IMG/VR virus record: IMGVR_UViG_3300018476_000007
Location: 1-43,036 of that record
DNA length: 43,036 nt
Direction: 5' to 3' (one strand)
Source: a virus
Part shown: positions 1 through 7,845 of the stretch, in pieces
Layout of the letters: the number at the start of each line of letters is the position of its first letter
Position numbering within the stretch: position 1 is the stretch's first letter
Notes under the pieces: model-generated
Database searches by the model: none
What the model was told of the DNA's origin: nothing
The model's input: only the letters and a program-made list of their open reading frames with translations
Position numbers and translations under genes: made by a program

Positions 1-123
1 AACAATCTCAAGCGGAGTTACTAAGGAAATCACAAGAGACAAATGGACAAACATCCAAGTAGATAGTCAAGTACTATCCTTGTTCATGGCTTGTCCTCGG
101 AAGTATGAGTATGTAATGAAGAG
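1..123. repeat. Terminal duplication, left copy (identical to 42914-43036; genome unit 42,913 bp)
   Basis: Read directly: aacaatctcaagcggagttactaagg...gagtatgtaatgaagag occurs at both ends of the window. The copy lies inside an open reading frame. It therefore looks like the overlap of a circular assembly or a permuted genome rather than a non-coding DTR. Confidence 0.9.
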
Positions 124-901
124 ACATCTAGTCCCAGCTAAAGGAATTAAGCCGGCCTTTAGACGTGGTTCTATTGTTCATGATGCATTGCTTGCATACT
201 GGCGTGAGAGAATTAAGACGGGAGATTATCAGATAGCAGTTCAGTCTGCTATTAGAAAGGCTAAAGAACAATTCGATAAGGAGTCGATGTTCACTGGAGA
301 TGAGAAGCTCTATAATCTTGGAGTTATTCTAGAGTTTCTAAAGCATGTACAAGGAATGAATTGGATTCCTCTGGAAGCAGAGAAGTTCTTTAGGGTTCCA
401 ATCTACGAAGATGCAAATCTTAAGCTGAAGATATGGTTGACAGGTAGGATTGATTTAATTGTTAGGACTCCACAGATTGCTAAGCTACCAATTGATTTGA
501 AGACTGAATCGGAACGTTGGTTCCATACTCAAATGAGTAATCAGTTTAGAATCTATTGCATGGCGTGTGAAGTTAACCTACTTGGAGTCCAGAGAATTGG
601 ATTCCAGGAAAAGCTAGACGCTAAAGATAAGTTTAAACTCGAGTTACTTCCTTTTGATCCTGATGTACTTGAGGAATGGAGAACGGAAACTCTACCATAT
701 TATGTAAAGCAATTAATGATTGCACATGAAGATAATTACTTTCCTATGAATACTACGAACTGTGTTCACGGGCATTTCAAATGTGAATTCAGTGACGCTA
801 ATGACCAGGGATTCTGTAACGTAAGTCGGAATATCAGAGAACAAAAGCTCTCCCGTTACTTTGTTATAGGAGAACCTTGGGATCCTAGTAAGACTGATTG
901 A
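1..901 (+). CDS. PD-(D/E)XK Cas4/RecB-like exonuclease, C-terminal 300 codons. The true start is the ATG at 42774, and the gene wraps across the window edge (about 346 aa in total).
   Basis: The frame is open from base 2, and the listed 80..901 ORF begins only at an internal Met. Family features present: an N-terminal Cys (FMACPRKYEY), GRIDLIV...IDLKTE (D...D/E-x-K), QFRIYCMA (QxxxY) and a C-terminal Cys cluster (NCVHGHFKCEF...GFCN). This is the Cas4/RecB nuclease layout. Confidence 0.75.
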   Translation, partial: TISSGVTKEITRDKWTNIQVDSQVLSLFMACPRKYEYVMKRHLVPAKGIKPAFRRGSIVHDALLAYWRERIKTGDYQIAVQSAIRKAKEQFDKESMFTGDEKLYNLGVILEFLKHVQGMNWIPLEAEKFFRVPIYEDANLKLKIWLTGRIDLIVRTPQIAKLPIDLKTESERWFHTQMSNQFRIYCMACEVNLLGVQRIGFQEKLDAKDKFKLELLPFDPDVLEEWRTETLPYYVKQLMIAHEDNYFPMNTTNCVHGHFKCEFSDANDQGFCNVSRNIREQKLSRYFVIGEPWDPSKTD

Positions 902-926
902 CGTGCTACACCTTGAGGAAAAGTAA

Positions 927-1229
927 ATGACTCAGCACATTCATAAATTTAGAAGGATTGATATAGGTAAAGATGTGCCACATTGGGTAATGCAGTGTCA
1001 GTTGCCAGGTTGCAACCACTATACATCAATGGTTAGTAAGCTATCTGTACCAGCCTTAGTAGGTAAAGTATCAGTCTGCAATAGTTGTGGAGATAGATTC
1101 CAATTAGATAGACGTGCATTGAGACAAGCAAAGCCCACTTGTAATGCGTGCATTCAGACTCCCCAAAAGAAAGAGCTAGATAAAGCAGCTAAATTCTTCG
1201 AGAAGCTAGCTAAGACTAATCTAGGATAG
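927..1229 (+). CDS. Hypothetical zinc-ribbon protein (100 aa)
   Basis: Compact spacing after the nuclease gene. Cys/His clusters CQLPGCNH and CNSCGD...CNAC. No family recognised. Confidence 0.65.
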   Translation: MTQHIHKFRRIDIGKDVPHWVMQCQLPGCNHYTSMVSKLSVPALVGKVSVCNSCGDRFQLDRRALRQAKPTCNACIQTPQKKELDKAAKFFEKLAKTNLG

Positions 1230-1230
1230 G

Positions 1231-1395
1231 ATGATATTATCTGAGCTAAAGTTATTGGAGAGGATACTCAAACGCGAGGAAGAAATATCTGAGCATGATT
1301 ATATACTCGCGCTTTGGTTCATTGAGCGGGAGATACGTATGAGGATTACAAGTCCCATAACGGGTAAAGAATATCAGGAACAAAAGGATAAGTAA
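1231..1395 (+). CDS. Small hypothetical protein (54 aa), below the track cutoff
   Basis: Found by reading the 166-nt gap: MILSELKLLERILKREEEISEHDYILALWFIEREIRMRITSPITGKEYQEQKDK. The ATG lies 2 nt after the previous stop. Its TAA overlaps the next ATG (TAATG), the coupling pattern used all along this arm. Confidence 0.45.
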   Translation: MILSELKLLERILKREEEISEHDYILALWFIEREIRMRITSPITGKEYQEQKDK

Positions 1396-2297
1396 TGCCA
1401 TCTGATACAGCGTTCGCACCGGAAAGTATTAGCGCAGAGTCTGCATTGGTTAGTCCAGTGTGGTCTATTTTGTCTAAGGGATTGACTGGATCGGGTAAGA
1501 CTATCTTTAGTAATGGTAAAGAATTCAGGCCGTGCTACAATTTCATGTTTGAAGGTAGGTTTGAATCTGTACTAAGCTACTACAAGAAGAGGGATGGACA
1601 CGTTAAAGATATTTACTATAACAATTTCCCTCTCGGAGATAGTAGTGCATTCTTCAAGTTCGATAAGAAGATGGATGCAATCGTTGCGCGCCCAGAATAT
1701 AAGACTATTGTAGTTAGTTCATTGACTTCATTCATTCGTCTTGTTCTTCTACATCTTCAACGTTCCTCTCAAGGTAAGAGAGAAGAAGGAACGAATAAGA
1801 TGAAGGGCGTTCGTATGAAGGGCGGTATCCAAGCTAATATTTTGGAAGACTATAATTTCGAAGACTCAGCAATCTTTGATCTTATTGGATTTTTTCAGAC
1901 ATGCAAAGATATGGGAATGAATGTAATCCTTGAAGCTCATATCACTCCTTATGATATCAAATATATTGATGAGGATACTGGACAGAAGGAAACTTCTACG
2001 GTAATGGAAGTTCTTACTAAAGGTAAGAAGGCACCTGCTGAGATTCCATCCTGGTTCAATGAGGTATGGTTATTTCAAAAGGTAGTTCAGGGAGCATGGG
2101 ATACGACTAATGCTCAGGCTAAATACATTATCAATACTCAGGGAGATGCAGTTAATTCATGCAAGACTTCTTTTTCCATTCCTTCTTTTGAGTGGACTAA
2201 TACTGATCCTACTATTCAGTTGATGAAGTTTCTAAATCCTGATATTGCTAATGCTCCGAGGGTAGATCCTAATAAGCCACAGACTGCGAGTTGGTAG
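1395..2297 (+). CDS. P-loop ATPase, RecA-like / AAA_24 (Sak4-type) candidate
   Basis: Walker A GLTGSGKT and a Walker-B-like hydrophobic strand KTIVVSSLTS. It sits between the nuclease and the DUF669-like gene, as in phage Sak4-type recombination modules. The family assignment is from memory of the pattern only. Confidence 0.6.
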   Translation: MPSDTAFAPESISAESALVSPVWSILSKGLTGSGKTIFSNGKEFRPCYNFMFEGRFESVLSYYKKRDGHVKDIYYNNFPLGDSSAFFKFDKKMDAIVARPEYKTIVVSSLTSFIRLVLLHLQRSSQGKREEGTNKMKGVRMKGGIQANILEDYNFEDSAIFDLIGFFQTCKDMGMNVILEAHITPYDIKYIDEDTGQKETSTVMEVLTKGKKAPAEIPSWFNEVWLFQKVVQGAWDTTNAQAKYIINTQGDAVNSCKTSFSIPSFEWTNTDPTIQLMKFLNPDIANAPRVDPNKPQTASW

Positions 2298-2298
2298 T

Positions 2299-2526
2299 AT
2301 GAAGAATAAAGATGTATATGATTCTTTAGATACACTTACTAAGGAAGTAGCTGAAGCTGTTGCAGATCATCTTAGATATAGAGGACATACAGAAACTAAA
2401 AGTTATGTTATATTCCTTATAGATCATCCAAGCAAAGAAGTATCTTGTATGAGCAATCTACCTTATAACAAAATGCTAACTGCAATAACAGGTTGGTTGG
2501 AACACTTCAAGAAGTCAGGGCATTAG
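2299..2526 (+). CDS. Hypothetical protein (75 aa), paralogue family member 1
   Basis: TKEVAEAVADHL...SYVIFLIDHPSKEVSCMSNL...AITGWLEH aligns with the next gene and with 3785..4003. Confidence 0.7.
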   Translation: MKNKDVYDSLDTLTKEVAEAVADHLRYRGHTETKSYVIFLIDHPSKEVSCMSNLPYNKMLTAITGWLEHFKKSGH

Positions 2527-2527
2527 A

Positions 2528-2767
2528 ATGAGTAAAGATAACGGCGCTAGGAGTGATGATGAGATTAATGAATCGTTAGCGATAGATACAAAGGAAATAG
2601 CAGAAGCTATTACAGGATATCTGATAGAGATGGGAACGTTGCAGCGTAGAGGCTTTGCATTATTTTTAGCGGAGTATGGCTCCGGTCATATAAGTTATAT
2701 AAGTAATATTAATCATGATGATGCTATCGGAATGATAGCTGCGTGGATTGATAGAGAAAAGCAGTAA
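2528..2767 (+). CDS. Hypothetical protein (79 aa), paralogue family member 2
   Basis: TKEIAEAITGYL...GFALFLAEYGSGHISYISNI...MIAAWIDR. The start is 1 nt after the previous stop. Confidence 0.7.
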   Translation: MSKDNGARSDDEINESLAIDTKEIAEAITGYLIEMGTLQRRGFALFLAEYGSGHISYISNINHDDAIGMIAAWIDREKQ

Positions 2768-2980
2768 TGAAACTTAGGATTCTGCTCCTTACTAACTTAG
2801 TAATAAACATTATAATCATATATAAGATATGTTTTGTATATAAGTATTGGAGCTATTGAGATGCCGAGCGTTGCCGTAAGGATGTGACTTACGAGGCTGA
2901 ACCTGCTATAAGGTCGTCAAACAACGAAGAATCTTAAATGAATCTTCAAACAACAACAACGAAACGAAACGAGAACAACA

Positions 2981-3388
2981 GTGATTACAATCACTCCGAA
3001 AGACGCACTCAAGGCAGAGACTCTTCCTCCGGGTTGGCAGAATTGTGAAGTGGAGAACCACTACACTAAGCCTGCTTCGGGAGATGGTTCTACTGTTCAT
3101 TATTACGAGATCACCGTGATTGATGGACAGTTTGCCGGAGTTCCATTGAACGAATTGACCATTAGCGAAAAGGCTATTGGTATGGGTAAGAACTTCTTCC
3201 TTGCTTGTGGTATGCCACAGTCCCTTTGGGATAAAGCAAAGAAGGGTGAAGCTGTCCAGTTTGATGAGAAGCTTCCTGTTGGTAAGAAGCTCAAGGTTAT
3301 GGTAAAGCCTGAGCCTTTCGGTGGTAGGATTCTTAATAAGGCATCGGACTTTATGCCTATGGAATCCGCGGGTTTCGTTAAGCCGTAA
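2981..3388 (+). CDS. DUF669-like protein, possible ssDNA-binding partner of the Sak4-like ATPase
   Basis: The pattern LPPGWQNCEV...HYYEITVIDGQFAGVPL resembles DUF669-type phage proteins. It has a GTG start (the first in-frame ATG is codon 67) and is preceded by an SD-less CA-rich leader. Confidence 0.5.
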   Translation: MITITPKDALKAETLPPGWQNCEVENHYTKPASGDGSTVHYYEITVIDGQFAGVPLNELTISEKAIGMGKNFFLACGMPQSLWDKAKKGEAVQFDEKLPVGKKLKVMVKPEPFGGRILNKASDFMPMESAGFVKP

Positions 3389-3523
3389 TACTAATTGCTG
3401 TCCAGACTTGTTGAGGAATGAGATTGATTCTTCCGATAATTACTGGTCCCCCAACTGGTAGATTAAAGGTAGTTGTATTGAGTTCCAAGATCGCCAGCAT
3501 GCATAAGGTTCTGGGAGAATTCT

Positions 3524-3643
3524 ATGTATGTTAACGGCTTACAAGTTGGGCAGCAATTCTCTAGTAAGATTGTTCCATTCCTACTTCAGAACCTTAACCA
3601 GCGTGGGCTATCAATGACCTATTCTGACTGGCTAGGATTATAG
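3524..3643 (+). CDS. Candidate 39-aa ORF in an otherwise non-coding gap
   Basis: GGGAGA lies 5 nt upstream of the ATG. Product: MYVNGLQVGQQFSSKIVPFLLQNLNQRGLSMTYSDWLGL. There is no other support. Confidence 0.25.
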   Translation: MYVNGLQVGQQFSSKIVPFLLQNLNQRGLSMTYSDWLGL

Positions 3644-3720
3644 ATAGACAAGGAGCGGGTTTGGTCCCACAATACGTCGTTGCAAAATGTATTGAGGCAT
3701 AAGTAAAAGAATGGAACAAG

Positions 3721-3765
3721 GGAGGGTGGTAGGTCTTTATCATTAGGATAAGCCTATCATCCTCC
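3721..3765 (+). other. Strong RNA hairpin: 13-bp stem GGAGGGUGGUAGG/CCUAUCAUCCUCC, extendable by 3 bp
   Basis: The two G.U pairs (3726.3760 and 3729.3757) work only in the + strand transcript. The hairpin ends about 10 nt before the GAGGAA Shine-Dalgarno of gene 3785. No clean U-tract follows it. Confidence 0.55.
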
Positions 3766-3784
3766 ACGTTCTTATGAGGAATCT

Positions 3785-4003
3785 ATGAGTTTTAGTGTTA
3801 GAAATTCAGAGATAGAAACTATTATAGTTTACTTGGGTAAGATTATTAAGGCACTCTTACCTGAAGGTTGGGGATTTAATCTACAGATATTTTCTGTTGG
3901 GGAAAAGGGAGAAATGTTTTACATATCCTCAGCCCCAAAAGAAAATATGCTTGAGATACTACAAGAGTTCATTGATAAGACCAAACCTTTTAGGGAACAT
4001 TAA
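3785..4003 (+). CDS. Hypothetical protein (72 aa), paralogue family member 3
   Basis: GFNLQIFSVGEKGEMFYISSAPKENMLEILQEFIDK shares its pattern with 2299..2526 and 2528..2767. GAGGAA SD. Confidence 0.7.
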   Translation: MSFSVRNSEIETIIVYLGKIIKALLPEGWGFNLQIFSVGEKGEMFYISSAPKENMLEILQEFIDKTKPFREH

Positions 4004-4300
4004 ATGCCTGACAAACCCAAGAATCAGAATCTAGAACTTAATGTTATTCTGAGTAGTAAAACTAAACAAGGAATGGTTCAGCTTATTCTGAATGGGGAAA
4101 CTATTTCTCAGTGGGATATACGTAAAGCTAAAGAGATTCATGGTATGTTAGGGGAAGCAATAGAAGCTGCTGTTAGTGATACCTTTATCTTCAATTTTAT
4201 GGTAACTAAAGTAGGATTAAGTGAAGATAAAGCAGCCGCTATGCTAATGGACTTCAGGGAATTTCGACAAGGAAGTAGAGAAACCGTATTCATACAGTAG
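4004..4300 (+). CDS. Hypothetical protein (98 aa)
   Basis: The ATG abuts the previous TAA. No motif recognised. Confidence 0.7.
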   Translation: MPDKPKNQNLELNVILSSKTKQGMVQLILNGETISQWDIRKAKEIHGMLGEAIEAAVSDTFIFNFMVTKVGLSEDKAAAMLMDFREFRQGSRETVFIQ

Positions 4301-4309
4301 GAGAATCAA

Positions 4310-4504
4310 ATGAAACTCTCAATGATTACAGTCTACGTTGATGGAGAACCTTATCGGATTCTGGATAAGAAGTATTACGATCACATCGAATGGTCTTATC
4401 CTAAAGATGAAGATGGATTCCTGAAGATTAATGCATTGGAATTCGCTGATTGGATTAGGAAGAACGCAACTAAGATTGGGACAACTGAAGTAATCGCAGC
4501 CTAA
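4310..4504 (+). CDS. Hypothetical protein (64 aa)
   Basis: GGAGAA SD 6 nt upstream. Tight spacing. Confidence 0.65.
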   Translation: MKLSMITVYVDGEPYRILDKKYYDHIEWSYPKDEDGFLKINALEFADWIRKNATKIGTTEVIAA

Positions 4505-4508
4505 CACT

Positions 4509-7016
4509 ATGAGCAACTTCGGAAGATACGTTCCGGGTTATGGATCCATCGGCGCAAAATTATGCATCGTTGGTATAGCTCCAGGTCAAGAAGAAGTTAC
4601 TGCTGGGCGTCCGTTTGTAGGTCCAAGTGGTAATATTCTAAGGCGAGACTTGGCTGAAGCAGGAGTTAATCTAGACGATTGTTACAGGACTAATGTATTC
4701 AAATACAAATTACCTGATAATGATTTTGCGAAGTTTAAGGAAATGGGATTATCCTTACCTGCTGCAATGGATGATCTAGTGACAGAGATACTATCACTTA
4801 ATCCTAACTGCATATTGGGATTAGGAGATCCTGTTCTATATGCACTAGCTGGTAAGCATGGTAAGTATAATAATATTGGAGTTTGGAGAGGTAGTATTCT
4901 CCCAGTAATGGATCGTAAGGCAGTATTTACTTGGCATCCTGCCGCTGAATTACATGGCTCAGGCGAAGGAACATTCGCTAGCTGGCAGAAATATGTAAGG
5001 AAGTTTGATATTAAGCGAGCAGTTGAGGAAAGTAAAACTACTAGATATGATGTTCCACATAGATTAGTTCGGATAGCTAGAACAAGTGCCGATCTATATA
5101 GATTCATAGAAGAGAATATCAACGAAGAATTTGTTGCGCTTGATATTGAATCCATTGAGTCCATTCCAGTTTGTCTCGGACTAAGTTTTAAATCATATGA
5201 GGCGATGGTAGTTCCCTTGTGGAATACATTGCCCATTGATGTACTGAATCATAAGAAGCCTAAGAAAACTTATAAGTATGATCTCCGAGTTTCGGATATT
5301 CCAAACGATGATTTAGGATATGTTTGGAAAATGTTAGGCCTATTCCTTTTGAATCAACTATCCTTCAAAGGAAGGAAGATTAACTTCAAGAAGATAGGAC
5401 AGAACTTCAAGTACGACGAAGCTAAATTAAATAATCTGGGCTTCTATCTTGATGAACTATTCTGGGACTTGATGATTAGTGCTCATGCTATCAGTCCTGA
5501 AATGCCTAAAGGATTAGCATTCAATACAAGCATTAAAACTAGAGAGCCATATTATAAGTTTGAAGGTAGGGAGTTTATTCCTCAGCGGGATTCCATTGAA
5601 ACTTTCTTTAACTACAATGGTAAAGATGCCTGCGTTTCTAGGGAATTATTCGATAGTGACTACGCTGAATTAAGCTCTATTAAGTATGGAATAGAACACG
5701 CTACGTGGAGAATGCAATTACATAAAGCTTACATGCAAGTGGATGATGTAGGTTTTAAGACTGACGAATTGCAGAGAAAGGATCTAATGGTCAAGTATGT
5801 AAATAGACTAGTAGATCTAGAAGTAGAACTCTTTGAGTTGTGCAAGGAATTTGGAGTAGAAGAACCAGTTAATGTACGCTCGCACCCTCAAGTAAATCGT
5901 CTTATTTATGTTACTCTTAATGTACCCGTTAGAGCCGGTACTGGTGAGCAAGTATTAACCGGACTACTGGCTAATGTAATTAAAGATAAACGGAAGAAGA
6001 GAATCTGTGAATTAATCCTTGAGATTAGGAGAGTTGATAAGACGTTAGGATATCTGAAGGCAGAACCCGATTATGATGGTAGGATGAAAACTACATTCCT
6101 TATCACGGGAACTGAAAACTTCAGGACATCTACTAACGTATTAGAACCTCCCATTAGACCTACCCAAGTAGGTTGGGCATTCCAGACTGTTACTAAACAC
6201 GGTGATGTAGGGCAGGATTTAAGATCTATTCTAGTAGCAGATCGTGGTTATGTCATAGTTAACATAGATCAATCTCAGGCAGAGGCTAGAGTCTGTTCTC
6301 TATTAGCAGGAGATGAAGATAAACTCTTAGCCTATGATACTAGAGATGTCCATGCTGAAACAGCAGCTAAGTTCTTTTCTGTTAAGCCAGAACAATTCAG
6401 TAAGAAACTATTAGGTTACGAATGTGCAGAGCGTTTCGTAGGTAAGACACTAAGACATGCCTTTCACTTAGGTATTGGAAAAAGAGAGGCAATGATTAAT
6501 GTCAATACTGATGCGCGCAAGTATAAGATTGACATTAACATTAGTGAATGGTTCGCACAGAAATGTCTTAATGCACTTGAATTAGATACACCTAAAATTC
6601 CTAAGGTGTTTCATGAAACTATTAAAGAACTTCTATATAACGATCGTAGATTATTTGGAACCTATGGAGCCTCCCGTTACTTTTACGATGATGAAGGATC
6701 AGATCTGTGGAAGGGTGGATATTCATTCATTCCTCAACAGACGGTTAGTGATAAGACTAAGCACGTCCTATTAAAGATTGTTAAACATCTATGGGATGTT
6801 AAGGTAGTAGTAGAATCTCACGATGCATTAGCAATGTTGATTCGTGAGAAGGTAGTAGAAGAACGGATAGAAGAAATTCAATCTTGGTTTAGTGAGCCTA
6901 TTGATTTCTCTCGTTGCTCGATTCCAAGAAGAAGTTTAGTAATACCAACTGATGTAGAAATCGGTTACAACTATAAAGAACTTAAGAACTTCAGTAGGAA
7001 ATTGATGGTGGCCTAA
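4509..7016 (+). CDS. Family-A DNA polymerase with 3'-5' exonuclease domain and an N-terminal uracil-DNA-glycosylase-like domain
   Basis: UDG-like motifs: GIAPGQEE, PFVGPSGNIL and HPAAE. Exo I: ALDIES. Pol motif A NIDQSQAEARV, motif B RFVGKTLRHAFHLG, motif C ESHDA. Confidence 0.85.
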   Translation: MSNFGRYVPGYGSIGAKLCIVGIAPGQEEVTAGRPFVGPSGNILRRDLAEAGVNLDDCYRTNVFKYKLPDNDFAKFKEMGLSLPAAMDDLVTEILSLNPNCILGLGDPVLYALAGKHGKYNNIGVWRGSILPVMDRKAVFTWHPAAELHGSGEGTFASWQKYVRKFDIKRAVEESKTTRYDVPHRLVRIARTSADLYRFIEENINEEFVALDIESIESIPVCLGLSFKSYEAMVVPLWNTLPIDVLNHKKPKKTYKYDLRVSDIPNDDLGYVWKMLGLFLLNQLSFKGRKINFKKIGQNFKYDEAKLNNLGFYLDELFWDLMISAHAISPEMPKGLAFNTSIKTREPYYKFEGREFIPQRDSIETFFNYNGKDACVSRELFDSDYAELSSIKYGIEHATWRMQLHKAYMQVDDVGFKTDELQRKDLMVKYVNRLVDLEVELFELCKEFGVEEPVNVRSHPQVNRLIYVTLNVPVRAGTGEQVLTGLLANVIKDKRKKRICELILEIRRVDKTLGYLKAEPDYDGRMKTTFLITGTENFRTSTNVLEPPIRPTQVGWAFQTVTKHGDVGQDLRSILVADRGYVIVNIDQSQAEARVCSLLAGDEDKLLAYDTRDVHAETAAKFFSVKPEQFSKKLLGYECAERFVGKTLRHAFHLGIGKREAMINVNTDARKYKIDINISEWFAQKCLNALELDTPKIPKVFHETIKELLYNDRRLFGTYGASRYFYDDEGSDLWKGGYSFIPQQTVSDKTKHVLLKIVKHLWDVKVVVESHDALAMLIREKVVEERIEEIQSWFSEPIDFSRCSIPRRSLVIPTDVEIGYNYKELKNFSRKLMVA

Positions 7017-7198
7017 TGCTACAAGATAATGATAAAGATAAAACTATACATGATCTTGTAATAGCTCTAGAAGAAAGCCTCAAACTTCAATCTCATTACG
7101 CCGGATTATTGAATATGTGGGACGGTGGACAAAGATTACAATTCCATAATGTTGATGCATGGTTAACAAGGCTGCGTGAAACAGGGACATTAGAATAA
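7016..7198 (+). CDS. Hypothetical protein (60 aa)
   Basis: TAATG overlap with the polymerase stop. Confidence 0.6.
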   Translation: MLQDNDKDKTIHDLVIALEESLKLQSHYAGLLNMWDGGQRLQFHNVDAWLTRLRETGTLE

Positions 7199-7377
7199 TG
7201 TTCTATCAGGTTATCTCGCTGGATAAAAGAAACTATATCAATAGAGTTCGTAACTTTCAGAAAAACGACACGGCTAATCTGTTGGATTACATATCAGAAC
7301 AGCTTGAGTTAGGATCGAACTTTGAGGTTGTAGTTAAAAAGTACGAGGGAAACTTTCCAGCGAGTAAATCAAAATGA
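7198..7377 (+). CDS. Small hypothetical protein (59 aa), below the track cutoff
   Basis: MFYQVISLDKRNYINRVRNFQKNDTANLLDYISEQLELGSNFEVVVKKYEGNFPASKSK. TAATG overlap upstream and ATGA overlap downstream fill the gap exactly. Confidence 0.55.
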   Translation: MFYQVISLDKRNYINRVRNFQKNDTANLLDYISEQLELGSNFEVVVKKYEGNFPASKSK

Positions 7378-7556
7378 ACATCAAATGTCCGAAGTGTCAG
7401 CAAGAAGATACCAATATGTTCGATACATTTGGTCATCGAAGAGAACAAGTAAGTGTATACTGCCGCGTATGTGGGCATGATTTTATTCACATATTTAAAG
7501 AGATTCCTAGGGAATCCTTGATTAAGGTAGTACCTAAAGTAAATCAGTGGACCTAG
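7374..7556 (+). CDS. Zinc-ribbon protein (60 aa)
   Basis: CPKCQ...CRVCGH. Confidence 0.6.
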   Translation: MNIKCPKCQQEDTNMFDTFGHRREQVSVYCRVCGHDFIHIFKEIPRESLIKVVPKVNQWT

Positions 7557-7579
7557 GAAACTAGAGAATTGAGGGGCAA

Positions 7580-7840
7580 ATGAAAGTACTTAATCTCCAG
7601 GCAAAGCCGATTGAAGTTCAAGCAATCAAGTGGGAGAACAATGAAGTAGAGGTCAGAGAGTTTGTTAAAGATGATAAAAGTCTTAGGTTCATGGACAATG
7701 GACTTCATCTCTGGAACGAAGAAGAACAGTCTTGGTTAGTTGTTCAGCCTCTTCATTACATTGTTAAGGGACTTAAAGGAGAATTGACTAGTGAATCTCC
7801 TGAAATGCTAGAAAGGAAATTTACTATCTCCGAGGAGTAA
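7580..7840 (+). CDS. Hypothetical protein (86 aa)
   Basis: GAGGGG SD 5 nt upstream. Confidence 0.7.
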   Translation: MKVLNLQAKPIEVQAIKWENNEVEVREFVKDDKSLRFMDNGLHLWNEEEQSWLVVQPLHYIVKGLKGELTSESPEMLERKFTISEE

Positions 7841-7845
7841 GTCCA

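Noticed and set aside
1-123. Interpreting the 123-bp end duplication as a T7-like direct terminal repeat
   Set aside because: It lies wholly inside the coding sequence of the nuclease gene rather than in the non-coding region between the arms. A circular-assembly overlap is the simpler explanation.
4682-5236. 184-aa antisense ORF inside the DNA polymerase gene, plus the many similar shadow ORFs inside polymerase, portal, terminase, capsid, scaffold, helicase and tail genes
   Set aside because: All are fully embedded in longer ORFs that carry recognisable motifs or fit the operon structure. They lack SD sites and have skewed antisense-type composition.
4509-7016. The 835-aa protein as a T7-like single-subunit RNA polymerase
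   Set aside because: It carries the DNA polymerase I motifs A, B and C, an exonuclease DxE motif and a UDG-like domain. It has no RNAP-specific features.
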